A stretch of 64,000 nt of DNA from Octopus vulgaris (taxonomy: Eukaryota). The DNA is taken from assembly GCA_951406725.2 (NCBI GenBank), contig OX597815.1:175274001-175338000 (forward strand), written 5' to 3'. Made by a program: the position numbers and the translations under genes. The notes beneath the pieces are model-generated. The model was not told the DNA's origin, did no database searches, and saw nothing but the letters and a program-made list of their open reading frames with translations. Of this stretch, positions 1 to 11,837 are shown piece after piece (within the stretch, counting starts at the first letter, position 1; each line of letters opens with the position of its first letter).

Positions 1-2080
1 CATACCCAATGACTGGTGTAGCAGCATAATAGTCAACTGCTACAAAGGTAAAGGTGACGCTCTAGATACAAATAATTACAGAGGTATCATGCTGTTGGAT
101 CAGGTAATGAAGGTTACAGAGAGGGTCATTGCCCAACTGATTAGGGAGAGAGTCAGCTTGGATGAGATGCAGTTTGGTTTCATGCCAGGGAAAAGCACCA
201 CTGATGCCATATTTCTGGTAAGACAGCTGCTGGAGAAATACCTAGCCAAAGATAAGCCCCTGTACCTGTCTTTTGTTGACATGGAGAAAGCCTTTGACAG
301 GGTCCCCCGATCCCTCATCTGGTGGTCAATGAGGAAACTAGGGATAGATGAATGGTTAGTGAGAGCTGTGCAAGCCATGTACAGGGATGCTGTAAGTAAG
401 GTGAGGGTTGGCAACGAGTACACTGAAGAATTCAGGGTAGAGGTAGGGGTCCACCAAGGTTCAGTCCTCAGCCCACTTCTATTTATCATAGTCCTCCAGG
501 CAATAATGGAGAAATTCATGACAGGATGCCCCTGGGAGCTCCTCTATGCTGATGACCTTGCTCTAATTGCTGAGTCACTATCAGAACTATAAGAGAAGTT
601 TCAGTTGTGGAAACAAGGATTAGAATTGAAGGGCCTTAGAGTCAACCTAGCTAAAACCAAAGTCCTAATAAGTAGGAAGGCAGACAAACCACAAATCCCT
701 TCAGGTAGATGGCCCTGCTCGATCTGTAGTAGAGGCGTAGGTAGAAACTCTATAAGATGTACCCAGTGTAAGCTATGGACACGTAAGAGGTGCAGTAATA
801 TCAAAGGAAGGCTAACGGGGAAGATAGTTTTTGTATGTGGCAGATGCTCAGGAGCAATAAACACTGAAAATCTGCAGAGAACAGCTTCTGTCACATTCCA
901 GGGAGGAAAACTAGAAGTAGTTGATAGCTTCCGTTACCTAGGTGACCAAGTCAGTAACGGGGGAGGGTGTGCTGAAAGTGTAGATGCTAGAATAAGAATA
1001 GCCTGGGCAAAGTTGAGAGAGCTCCTACCTCTGCTGGTGACAAAAGGCCTCTTGCTCAGAGTAAAAGGTAGACTGAATGATGCATGTGTACGAACAGCCA
1101 TGCTATACGGCAGTAAAACATGGTCTGTGACTGCAGAGGACATACGTAAGCTCGCAAGGAATGAAGCCAGTATGATTCGATGGATGTGCAATGTCAGTGT
1201 GCATTCTCGACAGAGTGTAAGTACCTTGAGAGAAATGTTGGACCTAAGAAGCATCAGATGTGGTGTGCAAGAGAGACAACTGCGCTGGTATGGTCATGTG
1301 GCGAGAATGGATGAGGACAGCTGTGTGAAAAAATGCCACACCCTGGCGGTTGAGGGAACTTGTGAAAGAGGAAGACCTGGGATGAAGTGGTGAAGAACGA
1401 CCTTCGAATTTTGGGCCTCACCGAGGAAATGACTAGGGACCGAGACTTTTCGAAATATGCTGTGCGTGAGAAGACTAGGCAAGACAAATGAGACCATAAT
1501 CTCATGGCCTATGCCAGGGGCGTTACCAGCCCACTTATGCGTACCTTTCCTTCTTTGGACACTAAAACTCTACTTGCGAAGACCTGTTGAGGCAAGTGAA
1601 ATCAAAATCAAATTCGATGACTGGCGTCCGTGCTAGTGGGGTGCAAAGAGCACCATACAAGTGTGATCATTGATAGAGTGGCTAGCCGGCTTCTGTGCCA
1701 GTGGCACTTAAAAGGCACCATCCGAACATGATCGTTACCAACGTCACACTACTGACACTCGAGCCTCGTGCTAGTGGGGTATTAAGAGCACCATCCGAGC
1801 GTGATCGTTGCCTGAGTGGCTATCTGTCCTCCGTGCCAGTGGCACGTAAAAAACACCATTCAAGCGTGATCGTTACCAGCATCGCTTTACTGGCACCCGC
1901 GCCAGTGGCATGTGTAAAAGATTCGAGTGAGGTTGTTGCCAGTGCCGCCTGACTGGCCCCGTGCCAGTGGTACATAAAAGCACCCACTACACTCTTGGAG
2001 TGGTTGGCGTTACGAAGGGCATCTAGCTGTAGTCACACGTCCAACCCATGCTAGCATACAAAGCGGATGTTAAGAATGAT
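1..2080 (+). mobile_element. RTE-clade LINE, 3' part (RT, C-terminus, repeat-containing 3' UTR), decayed; 5' end outside the window
   Basis: ORFs 89-592 and 605-1393 are one frame split by TAA at 590-592. They carry QFGFMPGKSTTDAIF, FVDMEKAFDRV, GVHQGSVLSPLLF, YADD, FRYLG and QLRWYGHVAR. The 3' end is CCAACCCATGCTAGCAT...GTTAA-GAT, a tail shared with many short copies in the window. Confidence 0.93.
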
Positions 2081-2086
2081 ATATAT

Positions 2087-3104
2087 ATCTCTTATGATAA
2101 AAGGCAGATTTTCTCTGCCTCCCAAACCGTTTGTTTTTTATACAATTTGCAATATAGAATTTCTTCAATTGGAATTTGCCTATCATTTTACAAGTAGATT
2201 CCATCGGGTCGTGGCATGTAAAGTTTTTTCAATTTCACCCCCAATTAAGCAAAAATTCGAGAAAAGTAAATATTTTATGATTTCCCTCTTTCATTTCAAG
2301 TGCTTCACTCCTCCCATTACCACCACACTTTCTGCTACTTTCTCTTTGCAAGTGTACACATACATAGACACGCAAACATATACATATTTCAATGCTTTCC
2401 TCCGTTTTTTTTCGGGAAGTTCTTTTGAAGTTGGTGTGCATCGGAAGCATTGTTGTACATGTGTGCGTGTGTGTGTGTGTGTGTTTGATGGGGTGTGCGA
2501 CACAGAAAGTGTGGTGTGTAAGTGAAGTGCTTTTGTTAGTGTGTGTAAAGAGACAGAGAGAGTAATGTTGTGCTGTGTGTGTATGTGTGAAAGACAGAGA
2601 TAACTGAACTTTTTTTATTCACTTTTTGTAGTGAGTGACTGAGAGAGAAAAGAAGAGAGCGAGGTTATGTATGTATGGCTTCAGTGACACACACAGAAAA
2701 ACACATACCTGCGTACACCTAAAGCACGCACACACACAAGCGAAGCGCGAACTTCAAAAGAACTTCGCGCACTATCTATCTGGTTTGCCATTCCTCACTA
2801 ACACGCATACACATAGATATATGACAGTGACAAACACAAACGTTTCAAACAACTACATACAAACACTCAGACATGCACACACACACACACACGTGTGTGT
2901 TTGTTATTAGTAAAAAAAGGCGCCAAACACAACTCACTTCTCATTCGAACACATTTGCAGAAACACACCGACGGTCGAATTGCCATAACAATACAGAAAA
3001 GGTAAATTGGTTTTTAATTTACTTTCTGTCGTTAAATTTTGGTAGTATTAATTGGCGAGCGTACTTCTGTTGTCAATTGTTGACAGAAAGAAATTGTAAG
3101 CTAA
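2087..3104 (+). mobile_element. Possible non-autonomous Helitron-like element
   Basis: Starts A|TC at the end of a TA run. Ends with hairpin TGTCAA-TTG-TTGACA followed by CTAA. Internal 17-bp inverted repeat at 2416-2432 / 2750-2766. No coding capacity. Confidence 0.35.
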
Positions 3105-3230
3105 TAAGGTGTGTGTGTGTGTAGGAAGTGAAGGATAAAAATATGGCAAGAAGTGGACAGATGTACATATATACATCCATACATACATGTGTGTGTGTGT
3201 CTATGTATGTGTATTAATGTGTGTGTGTTA

Positions 3231-3588
3231 TCTCTATATAAAGCTGAAGTTGTCTGTGTGCGCCAGGTTTCGTAACCTTCAACTAACACTATCTCCTCCG
3301 AGACCCTGCGGCACAAGTTGACCAAAATTGAGAGTATGATAGAAGAAGGGTTGCTCTTCCTTCCGTAGAACATAAAATTCAAATCGGACCATGTTAACAC
3401 CAAACATTATTTACATCAAAAAGCTGCTTTTTTCTATGAAAATCCCTATTTTTTACCATTTTTTCACTGCTGTGTTGCCACTTTTCGGTGTATTTCAACC
3501 AGAAAAATGTTCACAAAATTTTTACTTTTCAAAATTACAATTCCAGCGGGTTGAAACAAACCCGAGCAACGCCGGGCGATACTGCTAG
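3231..3588 (+). mobile_element. Non-autonomous Helitron
   Basis: A|TC 5' end, GC-rich subterminal hairpin CCCGAGCAACGCCGGG (3561-3576), CTAG|T 3' end, no TSD. Confidence 0.75.
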
Positions 3589-3633
3589 TATATATATATA
3601 TGCATATATAGTTATATATATATATGTATATAT

Positions 3634-3673
<40 letters not shown>

Positions 3674-3727
3674 GTATATGTATGTATATATATATATATA
3701 TATATATATGCATATATGTATGTATAT
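3589..3727. repeat. (TA)n/(TATG)n microsatellite
   Basis: Directly visible. Confidence 0.95.
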
Positions 3728-4242
3728 CATCATCATCATCATCATCGTTTAACGTCCGCTTTCCATGCTAGCATGGGTTGGACGGTTCAACTGGGGTCTG
3801 GCAAGCCCGAAGGCTGCACCAGGCCAGTCAGATATGGCAGTGTTTCTACAGCTGGATGCCCTTCCTAACGCCAACCACTCCGAGAGTGTAGTGGGTGATT
3901 TTATGTGCCACCGACACAGGTGCCAGACGAGGCTGGCAGACGGCCACGCTCGGATGGTGTTTTTTATGTGCCACCGACACAGGTGCCAGACGAGGCTGGC
4001 TGACGGCCACGCTCGGATGGTGTTTTCTTATGTGTCACCGACACAGGTGCCAGATGAGGCTGGCGGACGGCCACGCTCGGATGGTGTTTGTTACGTGCCC
4101 TCAGCACGGAGGCCAGTCGTTGCAGTACTGGCTACGGTCACGTTTGGATGGTTTTCTTATGTGCCATCGGCACTGGTACCACAAGGATACAAATTCCATT
4201 GATGTTCATCTATTTTGTTTTGGTTCGATTTGATTTGATTTG

Positions 4243-4245
<3 letters not shown>
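3728..4245 (-). mobile_element. RTE 3'-UTR-derived short element with three ~63-bp internal tandem units
   Basis: Reverse complement of the RTE tail: (CAT)n-CGTTTAACGTCCGCTTTCCATGCTAGCATGGGTTGG. The unit TATGTGCCACCGACACAGGTGCCAGACGAGGCTGGC...CGGATGGTGTTT repeats three times at about 3902-4090. Confidence 0.8.
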
Positions 4246-4318
<73 letters not shown>

Positions 4319-4326
4319 CATATATG

Positions 4327-4357
<31 letters not shown>

Positions 4358-4430
4358 GCATATGCATATATGTATGTATATATATATATATGCATATATG
4401 TATGTATATATATATATATACATATATATA

Positions 4431-4466
<36 letters not shown>

Positions 4467-4584
4467 TATGCATATATGTATGTATATATATATATATATA
4501 TATATGCATATTTAAATGTATGTATATATATATATGTATATGTATGCATGTATGTATGTATATATGTATGTATATATATATGCA

Positions 4585-4615
<31 letters not shown>

Positions 4616-4628
4616 GCATATATGTATG

Positions 4629-4665
<37 letters not shown>

Positions 4666-4702
4666 ATATATATATATATATATATGCATATATGTATGTA
4701 TA

Positions 4703-4733
<31 letters not shown>

Positions 4734-4742
4734 GCATATATG

Positions 4743-4778
<36 letters not shown>

Positions 4779-4826
4779 TATATGTATGTATATATATATA
4801 TATATATGTATGTATATATATATATA
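4246..4826. repeat. Compound (TA)n microsatellite with GCATATATGTATG interruptions
   Basis: Directly visible. Confidence 0.95.
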
Positions 4827-6560
4827 TGTTAATAAAATATATGCATATATATAAACATATATGTACGTACCTACCTCTACATGTACATATACACGCATAT
4901 ATGTGTACAGGACACCAAAAGGACGTCGAACACATAGAGAGACGAAAAACATAGACACAAACCAAGGAACAAGACAAGCAAAAAAAAAAAAAAAAAAAAA
5001 AGGAGATACAGGACAATAAGCACAACGAAAAATCCCCTTCTTCAGTCGCTAAAGTTTCATCTACTAAACGTTTCAAAGGATAAAAGCGAGACGTATACTT
5101 CGAATGAAAAATTCCTTCCTGCGAAAAGCAAATCAATTAAAATTCTGAGATCTTGTCGCAGAGGGGTAAAAAAGCAAGACGGTAACGACAGTACAAACAT
5201 ATAAACAGTAAAAAATATATATATAAACAGTGGAAAAATAAATATATAACAGTGAGAGACGGGACAAGGAGAACAAGATAAGAAGGGCTGTTAACGCCAG
5301 ACGAAAAAAGTATTGCAAACGCTGGATTATAGTGGACGACGAGAGAGGAAGATGTCGACCAGTGGCCTTAGAAGGCAGGTGAGAAAAGACGGGATAGCAG
5401 TTACGACGGAAGTTCGTCGCAGATGGACGACGGGAATGGGGGAGAAGGAGCAAGAGGAAGAGAGAGAAGAAGGGGAATGGTGCGAGGAGACCATGAAGAA
5501 CAGTGAGGGGGAGAGTGAGAGGAAGAGACAAGTTAAGTGAGGGAAAAAAGACGAGAAAGGGAATGGGAGAGAAAGAAAGAAAGATGCAGAGTCGCGTGAG
5601 AGTTAATATCAAGGCGAACTTGATAAACAGAACAATCTTACTTAATAGGGTGCGTGCGTTTAGTCGTATAATATGTTAATAAAATATATGCATATATATA
5701 AACATATATGTACGTACCTACCTCTACATGTACATATACACGCATATATGTGTACAGGACACCAAAAGGACGTCGAACACATAGAGAGACGAAAAACATA
5801 GACACAAACCAAGGAACAAGACAAGCAAAAAAAGGAGATACAGGACAATAAGCACAACGAAAAATCCCCTTCTTCAGTCGCTAAAGTTTCATCTACTAAA
5901 CGTTTCAAAGGATAAAAGCGAGACGTATACTTCGAATGAAAAATTCCTTCCTGCGAAAAGCAAATCAATTAAAATTCTGAGATCTTGTCGCAGAGGGGTA
6001 AAAAAGCAAGACGGTAACGACAGTACAAACATATAAACAGTAAAAAATATATATATAAACAGTGGAAAAATAAATATATAACAGTGAGAGACGGGACAAG
6101 GAGAACAAGATAAGAAGGGCTGTTAACGCCAGACGAAAAAAGTATTGCAAACGCTGGATTATAGTGGACGACGAGAGAGGAAGATGTCGACCAGTGGCCT
6201 TAGAAGGCAGGTGAGAAAAGACGGGATAGCAGTTACGACGGAAGTTCGTCGCAGATGGACGACGGGAATGGGGGAGAAGGAGCAAGAGGAAGAGAGAGAA
6301 GAAGGGGAATGGTGCGAGGAGACCATGAAGAACAGTGAGGGGGAGAGTGAGAGGAAGAGACAAGTTAAGTGAGGGAAAAAAGACGAGAAAGGGAATGGGA
6401 GAGAAAGAAAGAAAGATGCAGAGTCGCGTGAGAGTTAATATCAAGGCGAACTTGATAAACAGAACAATCTTACTTAATAGGGTGCGTGCGTTTAGTCGTA
6501 TAATATGTTAATAAAATATATGCATATATATAAACATATATGTACGTACCTACCTCTACA

Positions 6561-6568
<8 letters not shown>
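4825..6568. repeat. Tandem duplication of an ~832-bp unit (two copies plus a ~65-bp partial third) embedded in (TA)n
   Basis: Identical ORFs at 5133-5612 and 5965-6444 (offset 832). The unit start TATGTTAATAAAATATATGC recurs at about 4825, 5672 and 6504. The copies differ visibly only in an A run near 4980. Confidence 0.93.
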
Positions 6569-6598
<30 letters not shown>

Positions 6599-6674
6599 TA
6601 TGTATGTATATATATATATATATATATATGCATATATGTATGTATATATATATATATATATGCATATATGTATG

Positions 6675-6707
<33 letters not shown>

Positions 6708-6723
6708 ATATATATATATATGC

Positions 6724-6755
<32 letters not shown>

Positions 6756-6826
6756 ATGCATATATGTATGTATATATATATATATATATGCATATATGTA
6801 TGTGTATATATATATATATATATGCA

Positions 6827-6871
<45 letters not shown>

Positions 6872-7036
6872 ATATATATATATATATGCATATATGTATG
6901 TATATATATATATATATATGCATATATGTATGCATATATATATATATATATATATATGCATATATATATGCATATATATATATATATATATGCATATGTG
7001 TATGCATATATATATATATATATATATATGCATATA
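6566..7036. repeat. Compound (TA)n microsatellite
   Basis: Directly visible. Confidence 0.95.
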
Positions 7037-7300
7037 TCATCATCATCATCATCGTTTAGCGTCCGCTTTCCATGCTAGCATGGGTTGGACGGGTCAACTG
7101 GGCTCTGTGAAGCTGGAAGGCTTCGTCAGGCCCAGTCAGATCTGGCAGTGTTTCTACGGCTGGATGCCCTTCCTAACGTCAACCACTCCGCGAGTGTAGT
7201 GGGTGTTTTTTTACGTGCCACCTGCACAGGTGCCAGACAGAGCTGGCGAACGGCCATGAACGGATGGTGCTTTTACGTGTCACCGGCATGGGGCCAGGCG

Positions 7301-7332
<32 letters not shown>

Positions 7333-7605
7333 ATATGGCGAGGTTGTTGCCAGTGCAGGTAGCATGTAAAAACACCATTTGAGAGGGCCGTTGCCAGTAT
7401 CGCCTGACTGGCCCTTGTGCCGGAGGCATGTAAAAGCACCCACTGCACTCTCAGAGTGGTTGGCATTAGGAAGGGCATCCAGTTGTAGAAATTCTGCCAG
7501 ATCAGATTGGAGCCTGGTGCAGCTATCAGGTTCGCTAGTCCTCAGTCAAATCGTCCAACCCATGCTAGCATGGAAAGCGGATGTTAAACGATGATGATGA
7601 TGATA
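7037..7605. mobile_element. Two RTE-tail short elements in inverted orientation separated by (TA)n
   Basis: 7037-7300 is the minus-strand copy and 7330-7605 the plus-strand copy. Both have the CCAACCCATGCTAGCATGGAAAGCGGA..TAAACGATGATGAT terminus. Confidence 0.85.
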
Positions 7606-7611
7606 TATATC

Positions 7612-8110
7612 ATCCTTCCCCACCTTGTCCCATGTCTTCCTTGGTTTACCTCTTCCACAGGTTCCTTCTACAGTTTGGGTGTGGCACTTTCTCTCAGCTA
7701 TCATCATCCTTATGTAACACATGTCCATACTGCACAGTCATCTCTCTTGCACATCACATCTGATGCTTATGTCCAATTTTCTCTCAGGGTGCTTACACTC
7801 TGTCGTGTATACACACTGACATTACACATCCAGCAGATCATACTAGCTTCATTTCTTTCAAGCCTATGCATGTCCTCAGCAGTCACAGCCCATGTTTCAC
7901 TGTCGTGTAGCATGACTGTTCACACACATGCGTCATACAGTCTATCTTTCATCCTGAGCAAGAGGCCCTTAATTGCCAGTGGCGGTAGGAGCTCCCTGAA
8001 CTTTGTCCAGGCTCTTCTTATTCTAGCCCCTACACACTCAGAGCAACCACCCCTTGGTCGCCTACGTAACGGAAGCTATCAACTACTTCTAGTTTCTTCC
8101 CCTGGCATGT
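7612..8110 (-). mobile_element. RTE LINE fragment (RT motif 7 to C-terminal region)
   Basis: Reverse-complement similarity to about 900-1400 (AGAAGTAGTTGATAGCTTCCGTTAC, GGATGTGTAATGTCAGTGT). Confidence 0.85.
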
Positions 8111-8116
8111 GACCCT

Positions 8117-8282
8117 GATGTTGGTGGGCTTACGTCCCGTGACTTAGTGGTTCAGCAAAAGGTACCAATAGAATAAGTACCAGGCTTTAAAACCTAATCC
8201 TGGGCTTGATTCATTCAACTTCTAGGTACTGCCCCAGCATGGCCACAGTCCAATGACTGAAACAAGTAAAAGATAAAAAGAT
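8117..8282 (+). mobile_element. SINE 3' half with CR1-like tail
   Basis: GACTTAGTGGTTCAGCAAAA..ATAGAATAAGTAC..GCCCCAGCATGGCCACAGTCCAATGACTGAAACAAGTAAAAG. Related copies at about 15030-15207, 29320-29470, 47665-47800 (-) and 50920-51110 (-). Confidence 0.7.
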
Positions 8283-8584
8283 ATCAAATTTCTGGATAAG
8301 CTTTCTTATTCATTTTACCTGGGAATTTCAAGAGAATGGAGATTGTATTCAGTCAGGTTGGTCTTGCATAGATTTTGTAGCTGTAAAATATTCATGCATG
8401 CAATTTTCAGAATTGTTTTATCATAAGAGAACCATTGTAAAAACATGAATATAATAAGGCAGTGCCCCAGCATGGCCACAGTCAAATGACTGAAACAAGT
8501 AAAAAATGATATTTAAAATGCCTGGTTCAGTGTTTTCTGCTGTTTTACAATTGGATTTATATTTTTCACTTTTGGTTTTGGCAG

Positions 8585-8788
8585 CCTTCAAATATCTTAT
8601 TTTCTAAAGATGGTTTAATAAAAGTCGGGGATTTTGGATTGGCAACAGCCATGACCAACTTTTTAGAGTCAGAAGCAAAAGTAACAGACGACTTGAAAGA
8701 AACAACAGACACTGAGGAATATGTAAATGTATCCTACAAACGACACACTGGTGGTGTGGGCACACAAATCTACATGAGTCCTGAGTTG
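8585..8788 (+). CDS. EIF2AK3: eIF2-alpha kinase (PERK-like), exon with DFG and activation loop
   Basis: CAG|...|GTAAG, 204 nt, phase 0. Translates PSNILFSKDGLIKVGDFGLATAM...RHTGGVGTQIYMSPEL, matching the eIF2-alpha kinase HT-x-x-VGT-x-x-YMSPE pattern. Confidence 0.92.
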
Positions 8789-9239
8789 GTAAGTTTTCCA
8801 CTTTTCTTTATTATCAAATAAGGATTTTTATAAATCAAGTGTGCAATTTCTCAAACTAAAGTTATAATTGCAATTTGCTTTGAAGTTCTAAGAGCAATTT
8901 TATCTGTAAATAAACTTCTTAAAAACTAAAAGGATAAAGATAATGCCTCTGAAAAGCAATTGCTGATAGTTATGGAATCTCGTAAAGTATTTATCGTTAG
9001 TGTCAGGTATTCAAGAAATGCAATTAAAATTCCAGTAGCAGTCAATCATTTTAATTTTAATACTATTTTGGTCGAGGTTTTGGAAAGCATGGTAGTTTTC
9101 TTAAAAGTTCTTCAGCTAATTCATGTCCACACACAACAGCAATTCTCGTCTGTTCTTTTATGGCAAAATGCCTTTTGTCTTTCTTTTCGGGAATTTTTGT
9201 CTCTGTTTTGATTTGTAAGTTTTTGATGATTTGTCGAGT

Positions 9240-9515
9240 GAAGTCACATGGCTCAATGGTTCGAGTATCAGGCTCAATCATGAGGTTGTGAGTCTGATTC
9301 TCAGACGGGGCTGTGTGTTGTGTTCTTGAGCAAGACACTTTATTTCATGTTGTCAAGCTGTATCAGGCTTTGTCTTTCCCTTGGATAACATTGGTGGAGG
9401 CTGAAGTGCAGGGATGACTGCTGCTCTTTCATTAACAACTGTGCCCAGGCTTGTGCCATGGAGGGGAACTTTCTAGGTGCAATGCCATGGTCATTCATGG
9501 CTAAAGGGGGTCTTT
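9240..9515 (+). mobile_element. tRNA-derived SINE
   Basis: A-box-like TGGCTCAATGG head. The body matches the copy at 23666-23983. Confidence 0.75.
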
Positions 9516-9932
9516 ATCCTTTCATCTAGTATTAAAAATTCTGTAAAAAGAAAATAAGGTTTAGTGTTCAGATTGCGTTGTCTAATGTTTATTTATTTGC
9601 ATTGTTTTCAAATAATCATGGATTATCTCATAGCTTCAAGCTTTTCATGTTTGTTTATTTTTAGAATAACATTTTTAGGGTAGGTGTAAGAGGCTGGATC
9701 TGACCAGTTTGAACATATAACAGGTAAAATATGTGGACTGGACAGGGCTGGTTTCAGTACTAAAGGATTAAGGGAGTCAATCCAAGTTTTCACAGACAAG
9801 AGAATCTTTCGTTTCAAAGAAATGAGTCAAAATTTACTTGCAACTTCAAGTGGATTTTCTTGTCTGTGTATTTTCTTATTTAAAAAAAATTTTCACATCT
9901 GTGTATTTTTTTTTTTATAAAATTCTTTATAG

Positions 9933-10112
9933 ATTAATGGAAAGGATTACAATGAAAAAGTCGACATTTTTGCTTTAGGGATGATTCTTTTTGAATTATT
10001 TTACCCTTTTGATACGGAATCTGAACGTAGGAAAAAACTTCAAGATGTAAAAAAGCGACGGTATCCCGATGACTTTCATACGTTTAGTCCCGAAGGTTAT
10101 CAAGACGAAACA
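9933..10112 (+). CDS. EIF2AK3: PERK-like kinase, penultimate exon (subdomains IX-X)
   Basis: TAG|...|GTAAGT, 180 nt. Translates INGKDYNEKVDIFALGMILFELFYPFDTESERRKKLQDVK... Confidence 0.93.
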
Positions 10113-10789
10113 GTAAGTAATTTACTTTGTAATTTATGAAGGATTTTTTTAAAAATAAAAAGCAAAATTTTATCTATTTGAAGTTAACCCTTTTTCCAAA
10201 TCACAGAGATCAATAGAAAATACATCAATACTTAAAAGATGTGATTTCAATAACCTTACGTAGATAAGAGCTATCTGGATTGGACATTAGACTGGCAGGT
10301 GATGTCCTCCACTCTCAAAAAAAAAATCTGATTTGTACTTAGCGTATACATTGTGTAGCATAAATGGTTGAACAAGCAATATAAGCTTCTTTGAATTATA
10401 GATGTTGTATTATCACCTTGTTCATAAATTCAAATTCTTTTACAGCATCTTGTCTCTTCTTTATAACTCATTAACCCTATCACTGAGAATAGGTTTGAAA
10501 TCTGGGTGAGTTAGCTGCAGGGTTTTGTTCCAAAAGATTTGACTCATATTTGCTTAATACTACAAAAGCAGGATTTAAGTCTTTTAGTATTTTAACCAAT
10601 GATTACTGGGATAATCTAATCAGAAGTTAACTCCAGATTAATTTTAATACAATACTAAAGCTCTGAATCAATAAAATATCTAAAAGCAAATAAAATTCAG
10701 GTTTCCATAAACAGAATTTGGAATCTGCCACAAATTAGCAGAAAGCAATAATTCTGACAGTCAATGCCAGTGTTACCTATGTGGTTGAT

Positions 10790-10975
10790 GCCAGTGGCAT
10801 GTAAAAGGCACTCGCTACACTCTTGGAGTGGTTGGTGTTAGGAAGGGCATCCAGCTGTAGAAACCTTGCCAGATCAGATTGGAGCCTGGTGCAGCCTCCT
10901 GGCTTGCCAGTCCTCAATCAATCCATTCAATCCATTTCAGCATGGAAAATGGATGTTAAACAACGATGATGATGA
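10790..10975 (+). mobile_element. RTE-tail short element
   Basis: GGAGTGGTTGGTGTTAGGAAGGGCATCCAGCTGTAG...CAGCATGGAAAATGGATGTTAAACAACGATGATGATG. Confidence 0.75.
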
Positions 10976-11675
10976 GATTATATATAGTTTTTTTAATTTC
11001 AAAAAAGCAGTTATAATGACTGATTTAAAAAAAAAAAAGAAGAAAAATTCAAGGTTTTGATTGTTAGTTAATCATTATCTCTTTCTATTTGAAGATAGTG
11101 TTGTCTCTTTCTATTTGAAGATAGTGTAGCCTCTCTTTCTACTGTCCTAACTATATTATTTGTTACTTCACTTATTCTCTTGATTACCAAATTACAAGTA
11201 TTCAATATCTACAAATGAAAAGGTCTCGTGTGATGCTTCTGGTTTTTGCTTTCTTTGCCAGATTAAGCAAACAGAATAACTATCACGTGTCTTTCTATTT
11301 TATAAAGTTCTTCCTTTACCGAAAAGGAGGAACACAGTGAGATTGCTTGATGTTGAGAATTCTTAAATTTGGCATCAACTTCACCTGTAGTTAACAGTTT
11401 TGCTTATCACTTCTTGAACTACTTGTCCAAGGTTTGACCAATTGGTCAAAGGATTAGTTATGACACCTATAACTGCTGGATGACCTGAAGGAAAGCAATC
11501 CAAGAGCTGTGTCCATAGATCAGATACATTATTCATCTTCTGCAAATACTGTAATAAACCAAACCAAATATCATGTGATGTTAAAAATTATAAAATTATT
11601 GACTCTTAATTATTTGCTGTGAAAATCTCTTAAAATGTTGCCAAATTTGTATTTGCTTTTCCTTCAATTTTTCAG

Positions 11676-11837
11676 TGTGACTTGCTCAACATTCTGCTTT
11701 CACCTGATCCGGCCGAACGACCTAGTGCTCAGCAGGTCCTCAACAGTAGTCTTATGATAGATTTTGCTTATAGCAAAATCCCTCGAAGGTTCCGAACACG
11801 AACACTATCAAATAGCAGCAGAGAAAAGCAAAGTTGA
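11676..11837 (+). CDS. EIF2AK3: PERK-like kinase, terminal coding exon
   Basis: TTTTCAG|, 162 nt ending TGA. Translates CDLLNILLSPDPAERPSAQQVL...RRFRTRTLSNSSREKQS*. Subdomain XI is followed by an R-x-R-T/S-L-S tail like vertebrate PERK (recalled as RQRSRSLSSS). The protein ends after the kinase, which excludes GCN2. Confidence 0.9.
   Translation, partial: CDLLNILLSPDPAERPSAQQVLNSSLMIDFAYSKIPRRFRTRTLSNSSREKQS

Noticed and set aside
5313-6372. Duplicated Glu/Arg-rich 75-aa and Leu/Phe-rich 159-aa ORFs
   Set aside because: They reflect purine/pyrimidine strand skew in the duplicated repeat; no recognisable domain.
3464-7199. Long Tyr/Ile-rich ORFs
   Set aside because: Translations of (TA)n microsatellites that simply lack stop codons.
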